A stretch of DNA of 64,000 nucleotides from a virus (taxonomy: Duplodnaviria; Heunggongvirae; Uroviricota; Caudoviricetes), in the IMG/VR virus record IMGVR_UViG_3300032093_014924; one strand, written 5' to 3'. A model generated the notes under the pieces. It was not told where the DNA came from. It saw only the letters and a program-made list of their open reading frames with translations, and searched no databases. The number at the start of each line of letters is the position of its first letter. The stretch's first letter is position 1. Shown here one piece after another: positions 9,546-18,729 of this stretch. Made by a program: the position numbers and the translations under genes.

Positions 9546-10098
9546 ATTTTTCTTCTAATCTATTTAATTCTTCTCTTAATATTTCTTTGCTACTACCAGA
9601 ACTATATTTTGTTTCTGGGTCTAATTCTTTTATTCTATCAGCCAAATCTTTTCTTAAACCTTTATTATAAAATTCTGATTCTATCGCATTTGCTAAAAAC
9701 CAAGATTGTTTATCACCAGTTATTGATATTCTTAAATCATACCATTCCCATTTTGTCTTATAATCATAAATCATAAAACCTTTTGTTAATTTTCTATGTA
9801 AATTATATAACGTAAAGTTACGAACCCTTACAATAGAATTATCGTTACCAAATAAATGTAATAATCTAAGAAACCATCTAGGACACCATTTTGGCCTAGC
9901 CTTGTAATCCATAAAAATGACCAAAGGTTCCAATGCCTTAAACAACTCGTCTTTTTCATTCCAAGGTACAGAACCTAAATAAGAATATTTAGCATGAAAT
10001 GTTTTAGGGAAAAAAACGTTAATAATATGTAATATAGATATATCAATTGTATGAATCATACCTTTTTTTCGCCCTTTAAATAAAATTATGTCTTTCAT
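9532..10098 (-). CDS. hypothetical protein
   Basis: 188-aa ORF with the promoter motif abutting the ATG. Confidence 0.45.
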   Translation of the reverse strand: MKDIILFKGRKKGMIHTIDISILHIINVFFPKTFHAKYSYLGSVPWNEKDELFKALEPLVIFMDYKARPKWCPRWFLRLLHLFGNDNSIVRVRNFTLYNLHRKLTKGFMIYDYKTKWEWYDLRISITGDKQSWFLANAIESEFYNKGLRKDLADRIKELDPETKYSSGSSKEILREELNRLEEKYENS

Positions 10099-10120
10099 AT
10101 TACAAATATACTATTAAAAT
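10099..10120 (-). promoter_or_regulatory. conserved upstream motif instance
   Basis: attacaaatatactattaaaat abutting the ATG of 9532-10098. Confidence 0.55.
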
Positions 10121-10164
10121 AATAACCAAACAAAAAAATATAATGTTATTTAACTTATTTAAAT

Positions 10165-10401
10165 TTAATCTTTATCAGTTCCATAGATTTCTTCGTAGTA
10201 TTGTTCACCGTTCTGACAGTTTCGAGCATTAATTGGAAATCCATCGTAGGCGTTAATTATCTGCTCTCGTTCCATTTTCAGTGCCTCATTAAACACTTTT
10301 ACAACATCATGCTTCAGGTGATATCGAAGTTCTCCTGTTTCGGTTTCTTCGAGCAACTTTTCCCAAAGCCAGTCAACTGCGGTTTGTTGTTTACTTTCCA
10401 T
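10165..10401 (-). CDS. hypothetical protein on a G+C-rich island
   Basis: 78-aa ORF whose DNA is visibly more G+C-rich (about 40-45%) than its flanks. Confidence 0.45.
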   Translation of the reverse strand: MESKQQTAVDWLWEKLLEETETGELRYHLKHDVVKVFNEALKMEREQIINAYDGFPINARNCQNGEQYYEEIYGTDKD

Positions 10402-11263
10402 TTCTTTTTTTAAATTGTTTTAAATTTTCAATAGCGTGAAGTTTGTTTTCTGAAATCTGATTAAAAGGAACATTCATAATTTTACTAATATAACAGTATG
10501 TATTAAATGCAAAATCAATCATGTCTTCCTCACTATACATTCTTTCTTGTTGCCACTTAGCACCAAATTTTGCTGATTCCAAATCTGGATATGAATCTCT
10601 AATTGGAAAATGATATCTTTCATTTACATAATTTCTAAATGTTTCTTCAAGTGTTTCTTGTTTAGGTTCTTCTTTTGATGCCCATTCTCTTAATGTTTCA
10701 TTACTAAGTATAATACCACGGCAATCAATATCTGTACAAGTTGGTGTACAATGTTCTCTTATGATTAAATCTAAACCACACTTAGGACAGTTATTAATTA
10801 GTTTAGGTTCTTTGGGAATGATTATTTTGTAATAAAAACCATCTTTTAAATTGTCAGGTGTTTGTATAAATTCTACTTTAATTTCAACCTCCTCACAAGT
10901 AGGATTCTTAACAAACCATTCTGCAAATGTATTATCAATCTCTTGTACACCATCAGCAATAAGGGCTTGGTCTGTTGTTAGGATGATTTTTTTATATTCT
11001 GATTTATATTCAGGAAAATTAATCTTTACATTTTCAAAATCACTTAATATAAAAGGTTTTTGAGCAAATAATCCATAACACCAATCTCCTTCCTTAATTT
11101 CTTCATCAGAAGATGTAATGTAAATGTTTACTTCAGAATCACAAACTGAATTTTTGTACTCACTTGTAATTGTTAAAGCATTTTCAATTAAATGCAACCT
11201 ACTTGGTTTGTCTGTTGGTAATAAATGTAGATTTTTCATATTATTTCTTTTTAAATTGTTCAA
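10391..11263 (-). CDS. paralog family A, member 1 (long form, Cys-rich middle, conserved C-terminal module)
   Basis: C-terminus SAKFGAKWQQERMYSEEDMIDFA...LKQFKKRNGK. N-terminus MKNLHLLPTDKPSRLHL...YITSSDEEIKEGDW is shared with 12088-12837 and 13886-14485. Confidence 0.55.
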   Translation of the reverse strand: MNNLKRNNMKNLHLLPTDKPSRLHLIENALTITSEYKNSVCDSEVNIYITSSDEEIKEGDWCYGLFAQKPFILSDFENVKINFPEYKSEYKKIILTTDQALIADGVQEIDNTFAEWFVKNPTCEEVEIKVEFIQTPDNLKDGFYYKIIIPKEPKLINNCPKCGLDLIIREHCTPTCTDIDCRGIILSNETLREWASKEEPKQETLEETFRNYVNERYHFPIRDSYPDLESAKFGAKWQQERMYSEEDMIDFAFNTYCYISKIMNVPFNQISENKLHAIENLKQFKKRNGK

Positions 11264-11576
11264 ATAATTCTTTTGTAGAAAGGTAAGTATCTTTTCCGTT
11301 TAAATACTTAATCCACCATCCATTTTCTCTTGGAATTTCTTGCTTATCAATCCAATTAATAAAGTCTTCTATTTCACTATAACTTCTTTCTTGTTGCCAT
11401 TTAGCACCTGCAATAAAATCCGTAGAAGTTTCCCATCCCCAATTACCTCCGCTTGGAGCTATGTCATCATACATATCATCACATTGTTTTCTTGCATAAT
11501 TTTCAGCCGCTTCTTCAAGTGTTTCTTGTGTCATCTTATTTCTTTTTAAATTGCCTAAACCAATCTTTAATATCAA
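11241..11576 (-). CDS. paralog family A, member 2 (short form)
   Basis: IAGAKWQQERSYSEIEDFINWI...FEQFKKK. Confidence 0.5.
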   Translation of the reverse strand: MILKIGLGNLKRNKMTQETLEEAAENYARKQCDDMYDDIAPSGGNWGWETSTDFIAGAKWQQERSYSEIEDFINWIDKQEIPRENGWWIKYLNGKDTYLSTKELFEQFKKK

Positions 11577-11832
11577 AACTCCAATCCAAAGGAGATGTAT
11601 TTCTTACAGCCCTTCTATAATCAGATTGATGTTTTAATAGTATTTTAATTACTTCTTCCTCACTATACCTTCTTTCTTGTTGTATTTCAAGATAATCAAT
11701 ATATGTATTCAAATCTTTTGCATATTGATTGTTTGTATAGTCAGCAGGATGATAACTTTCCGTTCTAACACCTTCTAATGGTTTAGAATATTGATTGGGT
11801 CTTTTCATCTTATTTCTTTTTAAATTTTTCAA
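11536..11832 (-). CDS. paralog family A, member 3 (short form)
   Basis: LEIQQERRYSEEEVIKILL...FRQFKKK. Confidence 0.5.
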   Translation of the reverse strand: MKNLKRNKMKRPNQYSKPLEGVRTESYHPADYTNNQYAKDLNTYIDYLEIQQERRYSEEEVIKILLKHQSDYRRAVRNTSPLDWSFDIKDWFRQFKKK

Positions 11833-12085
11833 ATAATTCTTCTGTTGTATAGTATATCAGCTCTAAACCAATCCAATTATCTCTTTCTGTAGTTTGGAAG
11901 TCTTTAATTCTAATCCACTCAGCAAATTCAATTGCCTCACTATACCTTCTTTCTTGTTGCCATTTAGCACCATTTATAAAGGCTGTTCTTTCATAAGAAT
12001 TACTATCATGTTGACCATCCATAATTGATTCCCAATTTTCAGGATATAATCTTTCAGCAGCTTCTTCAAGTGTTTCTTTATTCAT
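11810..12085 (-). CDS. paralog family A, member 4 (short form)
   Basis: INGAKWQQERRYSEAIEFAEWI...FEKFKKK. Confidence 0.5.
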   Translation of the reverse strand: MNKETLEEAAERLYPENWESIMDGQHDSNSYERTAFINGAKWQQERRYSEAIEFAEWIRIKDFQTTERDNWIGLELIYYTTEELFEKFKKK

Positions 12086-12087
12086 AA

Positions 12088-12837
12088 CTATTTCTTTTTA
12101 AATTGTTCAAGCCATTTAGCAATATCTTCCCAACTTCCTTCTTCTACTAATTTAGGCGTATGTAATAATGATGCAATTATTCCCTCCACTTCTTTCTCAC
12201 TATACATTTTTTCTGATTGCCATTTAGCACCTAATTTAATACCACCTGATGTAAACTTAATAGACATTTCATTACCAAAATTTTTAGTTACTTCACTAAT
12301 AAATTCTTCAAGTGTTTCTTGTTTAGGTTCTTCTTTAATAAGATAACCTTCTTCATTAAAAAATAATTCATTACCATTTTCTGAAAATACCTTTGGGTGT
12401 GTTTTAGGTTCTTCACTTGGAATGATTATTTCGTAATCTAATTTCCATTCTCCTTTAGTTTGCCAAGATTCTACTTCAACTTCCTCACAAGTAGGATTCT
12501 TAACAAACCATTCTAAGAACTCATCATCAATAGCTTGTATACCATCTTTGATTAAGTCTTGGTCTGTTGTTAGGATGATTTTTTTGTAATAATCTTTATG
12601 CTCATTTACATTTGTATTTTGACTACCCAGTGTATCATACTTACATATAATATCTTCTCCAAAATGTTTATAATACATCCAATCTCCTTCTTTAATTTCT
12701 TCTGAATTAGTGATGTAGATGTGTTGTTTACCATCTGCTGTAGAATACCCACCTCTGGGAGCAAACCATAAAACTTCTTTACTATCTAGGCATAACCTAC
12801 TTGGTTTGTCCCTTGCTAATACGTGTATGTTTTTCAT
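12088..12837 (-). CDS. paralog family A, member 5 (long form)
   Basis: MKNIHVLARDKPSRL...YITNSEEIKEGDW...YKKIILTTDQDLIKDGIQAIDDEFLEWFVKNPTCEEVEV...LGAKWQSEKMYSEKEV...LEQFKKK. Confidence 0.55.
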   Translation of the reverse strand: MKNIHVLARDKPSRLCLDSKEVLWFAPRGGYSTADGKQHIYITNSEEIKEGDWMYYKHFGEDIICKYDTLGSQNTNVNEHKDYYKKIILTTDQDLIKDGIQAIDDEFLEWFVKNPTCEEVEVESWQTKGEWKLDYEIIIPSEEPKTHPKVFSENGNELFFNEEGYLIKEEPKQETLEEFISEVTKNFGNEMSIKFTSGGIKLGAKWQSEKMYSEKEVEGIIASLLHTPKLVEEGSWEDIAKWLEQFKKK

Positions 12838-13253
12838 ATTAAATTATTTAAAGTGTATTCAATAGCAGCTTCGTAGGCTTCTGTTGGTGAGTTATAATAA
12901 TTTCCTGGTTTACATATACGAGAAGGGTAATTATTTTTTGTTGAATCTTTTTTACCTGTTATATCAATACATTGATAGTAATATTCTTTTTGTATTGTTA
13001 TTGACACACTAATCCATATCCCATGCTTCTCATACAACCACATTACTACTTCTGCAATGGTTGGTGCTGAACAATAAAATTCACCTCCGTTATAATTCCT
13101 ACCCTCATAATAACCATGTCCGTTTTTAACTGGTTCTTGACCTCCTTGATGTAGATATACATCTCCACTTTCAGTATATCCTGAAGTACAGTATTTATCA
13201 AACCCTTTTTCTTTTAGCAACTTCGCTAATTCAAATTTTACTGGTGTTGTCAT
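12834..13253 (-). CDS. hypothetical protein
   Basis: 139-aa ORF with ATGA overlap. Confidence 0.4.
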   Translation of the reverse strand: MTTPVKFELAKLLKEKGFDKYCTSGYTESGDVYLHQGGQEPVKNGHGYYEGRNYNGGEFYCSAPTIAEVVMWLYEKHGIWISVSITIQKEYYYQCIDITGKKDSTKNNYPSRICKPGNYYNSPTEAYEAAIEYTLNNLI

Positions 13254-13453
13254 TTTAATTCAAGATTAAAGTTTAATTTAGTTTCATCATCTTTGAAAGA
13301 TTTCATTTCTGGAATATATTGTTCCATAACACACATTGAAGGTGTTTCTTCGTCTTCAAAATCAAAATGCTGTTCTAAACTCCCTTCATATTGATTCAGC
13401 CATTCAATAGCTTGTTCTTTGGTTTTAAAACCACTTAATGTTATTGTTATCAT
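13250..13453 (-). CDS. hypothetical protein
   Basis: 67-aa ORF with overlapping start and stop. Confidence 0.35.
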   Translation of the reverse strand: MITITLSGFKTKEQAIEWLNQYEGSLEQHFDFEDEETPSMCVMEQYIPEMKSFKDDETKLNFNLELK

Positions 13454-13734
13454 ACTTCAAATTTGTTATAGGTTTCTTCAAATGTGTTTATTATTGATTC
13501 TTTATCAACCGTATTACTTCCACATAATTCACAACTTCCTTTCCAATAATCAGGTTCAGCTTTTTCAGCAGCAGTTTCAAGAGCTTGTTTAATTACATTT
13601 TGAGTGTATTCATTAAGTTGTTCTGGTGTGAAGAAGTAGCCTTGTTGTAAACAGAATAAGTCATCAACTTTTCCTTTCATAGAAAGTGGGAATGTAGATT
13701 TAGGTAAATAAACTGTTTGTTTAGTTGGTTTCAT
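13450..13734 (-). CDS. hypothetical protein
   Basis: 94-aa ORF with elevated G+C. Confidence 0.4.
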   Translation of the reverse strand: MKPTKQTVYLPKSTFPLSMKGKVDDLFCLQQGYFFTPEQLNEYTQNVIKQALETAAEKAEPDYWKGSCELCGSNTVDKESIINTFEETYNKFEV

Positions 13735-13885
13735 TTTTCTAAATTATTAAATAATAAATTCAAAACACTTGTCACAAAGAATCCTATACCCATATACAAA
13801 ATTTGCTCAGGATTAGGTAAAAACATAAAAAATATACCAAATATTAGCATGCAAATATTTACCAAGTTTATCGTTTGTTTTCTGT

Positions 13886-14485
13886 TCATATTAATTTCAA
13901 TTTACCTTGTTCATCGAAAGTACATTCCCATTCTGTTTTTGGAAGCATGGTTTTTAAAAGAGATTCTTGTAACTGTTTAATAAATGATTCTGTAATAGTT
14001 TTGCCTATCATATTCCATACTAAAACTTCTCCAAATTTTTGCATATCCTCAATAGAAAACAATTTATCCTTTACAAGTTCTTGGTGTGCTTTGAAGCCTA
14101 CTTTATAACCTTTCCTTTCTCTTGGACTAAAACTATCTCTCCAACCAGGAGTTGTTTCATCAGGAAATTCTTCTTCAGCCATCTTTTCAACACTATAACC
14201 ATAAATAACTTCTTCTACTTCTGCTACAGTAAGTGGTTTAATATCAAGAAATACTTTAGAAGTATAATTACCATGATTCATATCTTCTAACGGTTGAGTT
14301 GAATGAGTAATTTTGTCCCAATGCTCTTGAATTGATACACGATTATTCTCAGTACAAATAATAGGTTTTTCTTTATATTGCTCACGATATTCTTTATTAT
14401 TATGAATAGCATAATCACCATTCTTTATTTCAGAATCATCTGTAACTATATAGTGCACGTCTTTTAAAATTTCAATCAGTTTCAT
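13886..14485 (-). CDS. hypothetical protein; N-terminus related to family A long forms
   Basis: HYIVTDDSEIKNGDYAIH is similar to the YITSSDEEIKEGDW module. 199 aa. Confidence 0.45.
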   Translation of the reverse strand: MKLIEILKDVHYIVTDDSEIKNGDYAIHNNKEYREQYKEKPIICTENNRVSIQEHWDKITHSTQPLEDMNHGNYTSKVFLDIKPLTVAEVEEVIYGYSVEKMAEEEFPDETTPGWRDSFSPRERKGYKVGFKAHQELVKDKLFSIEDMQKFGEVLVWNMIGKTITESFIKQLQESLLKTMLPKTEWECTFDEQGKLKLI

Positions 14486-14486
14486 A

Positions 14487-14687
14487 TTAATGTTTTTTAA
14501 AGAATTGAGTAAAAGCTCCTTTTACTGTAGAATAATCTTTTTCGTTTCCGTTATGAAACGAGATATGATAGCCATCAATAGCGTAGTTAATTTTATCTCC
14601 GTTACTATTTTCAACAGAAAAACCCATATCTAACACTTTTTCTAAACTTGCTGCTTCTTCTTTTGTGTATAGTTTATTTGTTCTCAT
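14487..14687 (-). CDS. hypothetical protein
   Basis: 66-aa ORF. Confidence 0.35.
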   Translation of the reverse strand: MRTNKLYTKEEAASLEKVLDMGFSVENSNGDKINYAIDGYHISFHNGNEKDYSTVKGAFTQFFKKH

Positions 14688-14716
14688 TATACCAGATTAA
14701 AAATTGATTAATTGCT

Positions 14717-15553
14717 TTAGGACTTATATTTCCAAATAAATCCTTTGTAATTTTTATATTTACCACTCGCTGCGTGGTTAATATTTGTTCGATTAAATCC
14801 TAATTTATCTTCAACTTCTTTAGAAGAAACCCACTCTTTAATAAAAGTTCCTTCTAAATCATATTGTAAGATATTTTTTGATTTTCTTCTCCTTTTTGTA
14901 ATATTTAAAATATTAGCAATTGCTTTTGTCGAACTATTGTATATTTTAATTATTTCTTTAACTGTTAATCCTTCTTTATAATAAAGATTTATAATATTTT
15001 CTTCGTCTTTTTCAGATAAGTTATATGATTTTATTAAATGTTTATAATCATCATATAAAACTCCTTGACTTGATAAATATTCATTTATCCAATGAGTTCC
15101 AGATTTTATCTTCCATAAAACCTTTAAATCTACTGTACTAAAAATTTTTTGGATTTCAGCAGTAGTTTTTCCAGAAATATATAAATCCCAAATTTTTAAA
15201 CAGTCTTCTAAAGAGGTTTTAGCTACTTGTATTTTAGTTTCTAATGATACTATTCTTGGTAACTCTTCTGTATTAGTTAAGTTGCAATTTAAACCTTTAT
15301 CTTTATTTAAAACATCATAGTAATCTTGCCAGTACCTTTCTCTTTTATTTAGTAAATTAATAGAACATTCTTCAACTATTTCAAATTTGTGGGTTTCCCA
15401 TCCGTATTTTAATACAGAATAATACAATCTTCTTTGTTTAGGTTCATTATATTTTTTGTATGTTTTATATCTTTTTGAGATGTTCTTACTTTGTCCGATA
15501 TAAATTTTACCAGAAGGTGAAGTGATTTTGTATATTCCACAAATTTTATCCAT
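14717..15553 (-). CDS. GIY-YIG homing endonuclease (I-TevI-like, free-standing)
   Basis: N-terminal GIYKITSPSGKIYIGQSKNISKR...YGWETHKFEI...ERYW = GIY-YIG catalytic module, followed by a C-terminal basic DNA-binding region. Canonical SD AAGGAGG 7 nt before the ATG, unlike the other genes. Confidence 0.8.
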   Translation of the reverse strand: MDKICGIYKITSPSGKIYIGQSKNISKRYKTYKKYNEPKQRRLYYSVLKYGWETHKFEIVEECSINLLNKRERYWQDYYDVLNKDKGLNCNLTNTEELPRIVSLETKIQVAKTSLEDCLKIWDLYISGKTTAEIQKIFSTVDLKVLWKIKSGTHWINEYLSSQGVLYDDYKHLIKSYNLSEKDEENIINLYYKEGLTVKEIIKIYNSSTKAIANILNITKRRRKSKNILQYDLEGTFIKEWVSSKEVEDKLGFNRTNINHAASGKYKNYKGFIWKYKS

Positions 15554-15683
15554 TACTAACCTCCTTTATTAAAAGTGTTCTAATATAAGAGGAAACAGAA
15601 AGCCCAAGAGATTTAGCTTTTTCTTGAACTTTCTTTTTTAGTTCTGAATCAATTCTAATTAAAATATCTTTTTCTTTTAGCAT
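15546..15683 (-). CDS. ribbon-helix-helix (CopG/Arc-like) small regulator; manual call, under 60 aa
   Basis: Manual translation MLKEKDILIRIDSELKKKVQEKAKSLGLSVSSYIRTLLIKEVSNG. Its stop overlaps the GIY-YIG start. Promoter motif upstream at about 15697-15720. Confidence 0.45.
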   Translation of the reverse strand: MLKEKDILIRIDSELKKKVQEKAKSLGLSVSSYIRTLLIKEVSNG

Positions 15684-15718
15684 AATTATAGTATTTTGAT
15701 TACTACAAATATACTACA

Positions 15719-16114
15719 TTATTTTGACATTTCCAAATTTTTATTATAAAATTTAAGAAAAGAATCAATTGCTTGTACTACTGCTTCTTTTTTAGTTTTA
15801 CCGACTGCTTCTGTTATATAATTTTCATCAGGTGTGTCACATATTTCTACACAATTAGAAAATATATCTATTTCATATCCTAATTTCTCAATAGCTTCAA
15901 CTACTTCCATTATCCAATTCCAATCTGAATGGAATTTTAGTTCTTTTTCAAATCTTTGAGCTTCTATTACATTGTGGTACATAACACCATGAAACATTTT
16001 TGAACCGATGTTTTTAGCATTACCAAAACCCCACGCTTCCGCATCTTCAGAATATATTGCATCTAAAAACTCAGCACACAGCTTATTATATTGTAAGATT
16101 TCTTCTTGTGTCAT
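15719..16114 (-). CDS. hypothetical protein
   Basis: 131-aa ORF. Confidence 0.4.
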   Translation of the reverse strand: MTQEEILQYNKLCAEFLDAIYSEDAEAWGFGNAKNIGSKMFHGVMYHNVIEAQRFEKELKFHSDWNWIMEVVEAIEKLGYEIDIFSNCVEICDTPDENYITEAVGKTKKEAVVQAIDSFLKFYNKNLEMSK

Positions 16115-16335
16115 AACTTATCGTTTTTTTCTTTTCTCATATCATTATAGTACGGTGCTTGATGTTTACCTACTTTATCTATTGCAGTAAATCCATCTAA
16201 AACTTTATCAGTTCTACCATGAACACAATAACCACAACAAGGAATGGTATTACACATCACCTTATCTGATATATTAGAAGTCCAAGCATTGCAATAAACA
16301 GGTTTGTTTTCAATCTTTATTTCTTCTTGTGTCAT
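16111..16335 (-). CDS. hypothetical Cys-rich small protein
   Basis: 74 aa with C..C....CC.YC.H. Preceded by the junction motif CTTAAAACTTGATATATG. Confidence 0.4.
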   Translation of the reverse strand: MTQEEIKIENKPVYCNAWTSNISDKVMCNTIPCCGYCVHGRTDKVLDGFTAIDKVGKHQAPYYNDMRKEKNDKL

Positions 16336-16622
16336 ATATCAAGTTTTAAGTTTGAAATGTAGTCTTTAAATTCTTCATTTGATAAACAATGCTTATAAGC
16401 TTTTTCAATCTCAGGAATCAATGGAGTTGATTGAGATAGGATTTCTTTTAATTCTTCTAATTTATCTTCAAACTGAAAATCATAATCACCTGTTTTTTGA
16501 GCAGATTGAATATGCTCTTGCATCTGTTTCTCCAATTCTTCTATTCTTTTTTGAATAGCGGTTTTTGAAATGATAATGAATTCCTCTTTCATTTTAATAT
16601 TCTTTAATTGTTGGATATTCAA
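16332..16622 (-). CDS. paralog family B, member 1
   Basis: IISKTAIQKRIEELE...LKEILSQSTPLIPEIEKAY...NLKLDI is shared with 18110-18388. Confidence 0.5.
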   Translation of the reverse strand: MNIQQLKNIKMKEEFIIISKTAIQKRIEELEKQMQEHIQSAQKTGDYDFQFEDKLEELKEILSQSTPLIPEIEKAYKHCLSNEEFKDYISNLKLDI

Positions 16623-16839
16623 TTACATCAATAAAATTCAAACATAGTTTTTTGTGGTCTAAAACTTCTTTTAACAACGTTTTTTTATCTTTATTATTAA
16701 AATAGTTATAAACGCTTCCATAACCCATATTTATTGTGAAGCCTAGTCGTTTCCAACCAAACCATCTTTTTTCTTCTATGTAGTTGTTAAGAACTTCGCC
16801 AGTTACTTTACTACATTTTTCTACATATCTAATTTTCAT
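16594..16839 (-). CDS. hypothetical protein (start trimmed to the internal Met to avoid a 125-nt overlap)
   Basis: The track ORF is 16594-16953. The internal MKIRYVEK start gives a near-abutting arrangement with 16829-17362. Confidence 0.3.
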   Translation of the reverse strand: MKIRYVEKCSKVTGEVLNNYIEEKRWFGWKRLGFTINMGYGSVYNYFNNKDKKTLLKEVLDHKKLCLNFIDVIEYPTIKEY

Positions 16840-17362
16840 AATAAACTGTTTTAAGTTGTTGTTCTTTCCAAAGTTGGAGGAGTTTTTTAGATGATTTACA
16901 ATCTTGCATTGTTGAATTAAACTCTTCTCTAAAATAAAACTCAGCAAACTCAATCATATCATCTTCACTAAAAGGATATGTTTGTTGGGATTTGTTGTAG
17001 CCTGTTTTGAAGCCGCTTAAATACTTTTCCCCTTCTGATGTCAATTGAATATCTGTACCATAAAATTCTTGCAAATCATTAATACAAATAATTTCAACCC
17101 CATCCACAACTTGTGGAATATCAATGTTTGAGTTGTTGGTTGCTATTACAAACCGATGATTTTTATTTCCAAATGTTCTAACCGAAGACTTGTATTCTTC
17201 TGTATTATAATTGACTATTTGTTCCATAATGATACCATCTTTAGGTATATGTACTAAATTGGTTTTATGTTCATCACTCACATAATAATCAAAACCATCT
17301 ATTGTAACCTTGTCACAAAAGGTTTCTATACCTGTTGTTTTATCTATTAATCTGTATTTCAT
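16829..17362 (-). CDS. hypothetical protein
   Basis: 177-aa ORF preceded by the CTTAAAACTTGATATATG junction motif. Confidence 0.4.
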   Translation of the reverse strand: MKYRLIDKTTGIETFCDKVTIDGFDYYVSDEHKTNLVHIPKDGIIMEQIVNYNTEEYKSSVRTFGNKNHRFVIATNNSNIDIPQVVDGVEIICINDLQEFYGTDIQLTSEGEKYLSGFKTGYNKSQQTYPFSEDDMIEFAEFYFREEFNSTMQDCKSSKKLLQLWKEQQLKTVYYEN

Positions 17363-17378
17363 ATATCAAGTTTTAAGA

Positions 17379-17615
17379 CTACCAACTTCTTCTAAATCTA
17401 TCAATAGCTTCACCAATCCAATTTCCATTACCTAATTCTTTGCCAGATTTATCAATATAAACATTACCACCACCAAAAGTATAAGTTGCATCTCTGTCTT
17501 TATATTCTTTTGTTTTTTCTTCAACACCCAATAATTTTTCTAACCAATTAGGTGTAAATGTTACTTCATAAATAAAGTAAGAATTTTCTTTTCTTTTTAT
17601 TTCTTTAATTTTCAT
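17379..17615 (-). CDS. hypothetical protein
   Basis: 78-aa ORF with the junction motif upstream. Confidence 0.35.
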   Translation of the reverse strand: MKIKEIKRKENSYFIYEVTFTPNWLEKLLGVEEKTKEYKDRDATYTFGGGNVYIDKSGKELGNGNWIGEAIDRFRRSW

Positions 17616-17618
17616 ATA

Positions 17619-17834
17619 TCAAGTTTTAAAATGTAAAAATGTATTATTAATAGCACAATAAATTATAAAAAATACTAAAGTCATCATAATCACCATAAAA
17701 GTTTGATACATAATATATAACTCATCAGTACTATCAAAAATATCTTTTATTTTGGTGTTTAATGAAGCGGCAATTAGTGTTAATACACTGTAAGTAGATA
17801 AAAGACTCATTAAAAAGATTATTATTAGTGTCAT
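17619..17834 (-). CDS. hypothetical small membrane protein
   Basis: 71-aa hydrophobic ORF with the junction motif upstream. Confidence 0.35.
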   Translation of the reverse strand: MTLIIIFLMSLLSTYSVLTLIAASLNTKIKDIFDSTDELYIMYQTFMVIMMTLVFFIIYCAINNTFLHFKT

Positions 17835-17844
17835 ATATCAAGTT

Positions 17845-18084
17845 TTAAGTTTGATGATAATATTTATTTGGTGGTGTTGGTTGGAAACCATTCAATGCTA
17901 ATATTTCTTCATAATACTCAGAATACTTTTCAAAATATTCATCACCATCTTCAAATGGGATGTCAACATAATAACAACTATAATCTGAGTTGGTGAATGT
18001 TTTATTACCTCTTGAACGTTCAACATCTACAATAGTTCTATCAATACCATCAGGAAATTTATACTTTTTGTTTTTCTTAATCAT
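17845..18084 (-). CDS. hypothetical protein
   Basis: 79-aa ORF. Confidence 0.35.
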   Translation of the reverse strand: MIKKNKKYKFPDGIDRTIVDVERSRGNKTFTNSDYSCYYVDIPFEDGDEYFEKYSEYYEEILALNGFQPTPPNKYYHQT

Positions 18085-18109
18085 TGTTTAAATTTTAATT
18101 AGTCAATCC

Positions 18110-18388
18110 TCATATATCAAGTTTTAAGTTTGTGATGTAGTCTTGTTTTGTGGTACAAGCATCTGTGCCTATTCCATAACACTCTCCTTCAAAGTAAGCC
18201 TTTTCAATCTCAGGAATTAAAGGGGTAGATTGTGATAAGATTTCTTTAAGAACTTTTATTATTGAATTATATCTATAACAATCATCAGTTCTACTTGGAT
18301 TAAATGCATATTCATCTCTTTTATTTTCCAACTCTGCTATTCTTTTTTGAATAGCTGTTTTTGAGATTATGATGTATTCGTTATTCAT
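18110..18388 (-). CDS. paralog family B, member 2
   Basis: IISKTAIQKRIAELE...LKEILSQSTPLIPEIEKAY...NLKLDI. Confidence 0.5.
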   Translation of the reverse strand: MNNEYIIISKTAIQKRIAELENKRDEYAFNPSRTDDCYRYNSIIKVLKEILSQSTPLIPEIEKAYFEGECYGIGTDACTTKQDYITNLKLDI

Positions 18389-18400
18389 TTTATAAAATAT

Positions 18401-18724
18401 TTAATTATCCAAACAAGCAAAACAATCAACACCGCATGTAAAATAATTTGTTTTAGTATCGTACATTATCTGTTCTATTTTTTCACGGATAACTTCTATG
18501 TTATTATTTTTTATTTGATGTGACACATTTTTAACTTTTTCTAACAAATTATCAAAATCTGTAGAATATCCGCTTATATAAAACCACTTACCAACACCTA
18601 AAACTGGGTCTCCTGTTATCCAAGAAGTTTTCATGTTATTATCAGAAGCAATTTTAAACAATAGTTTTGCTTCTGTAATATCTTTTGGCTTATTAAGCGT
18701 TATGTGAGATTCAAATTTAGTCAT
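18401..18724 (-). CDS. hypothetical protein
   Basis: 107-aa ORF. Confidence 0.4.
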   Translation of the reverse strand: MTKFESHITLNKPKDITEAKLLFKIASDNNMKTSWITGDPVLGVGKWFYISGYSTDFDNLLEKVKNVSHQIKNNNIEVIREKIEQIMYDTKTNYFTCGVDCFACLDN

Positions 18725-18729
18725 AATAA

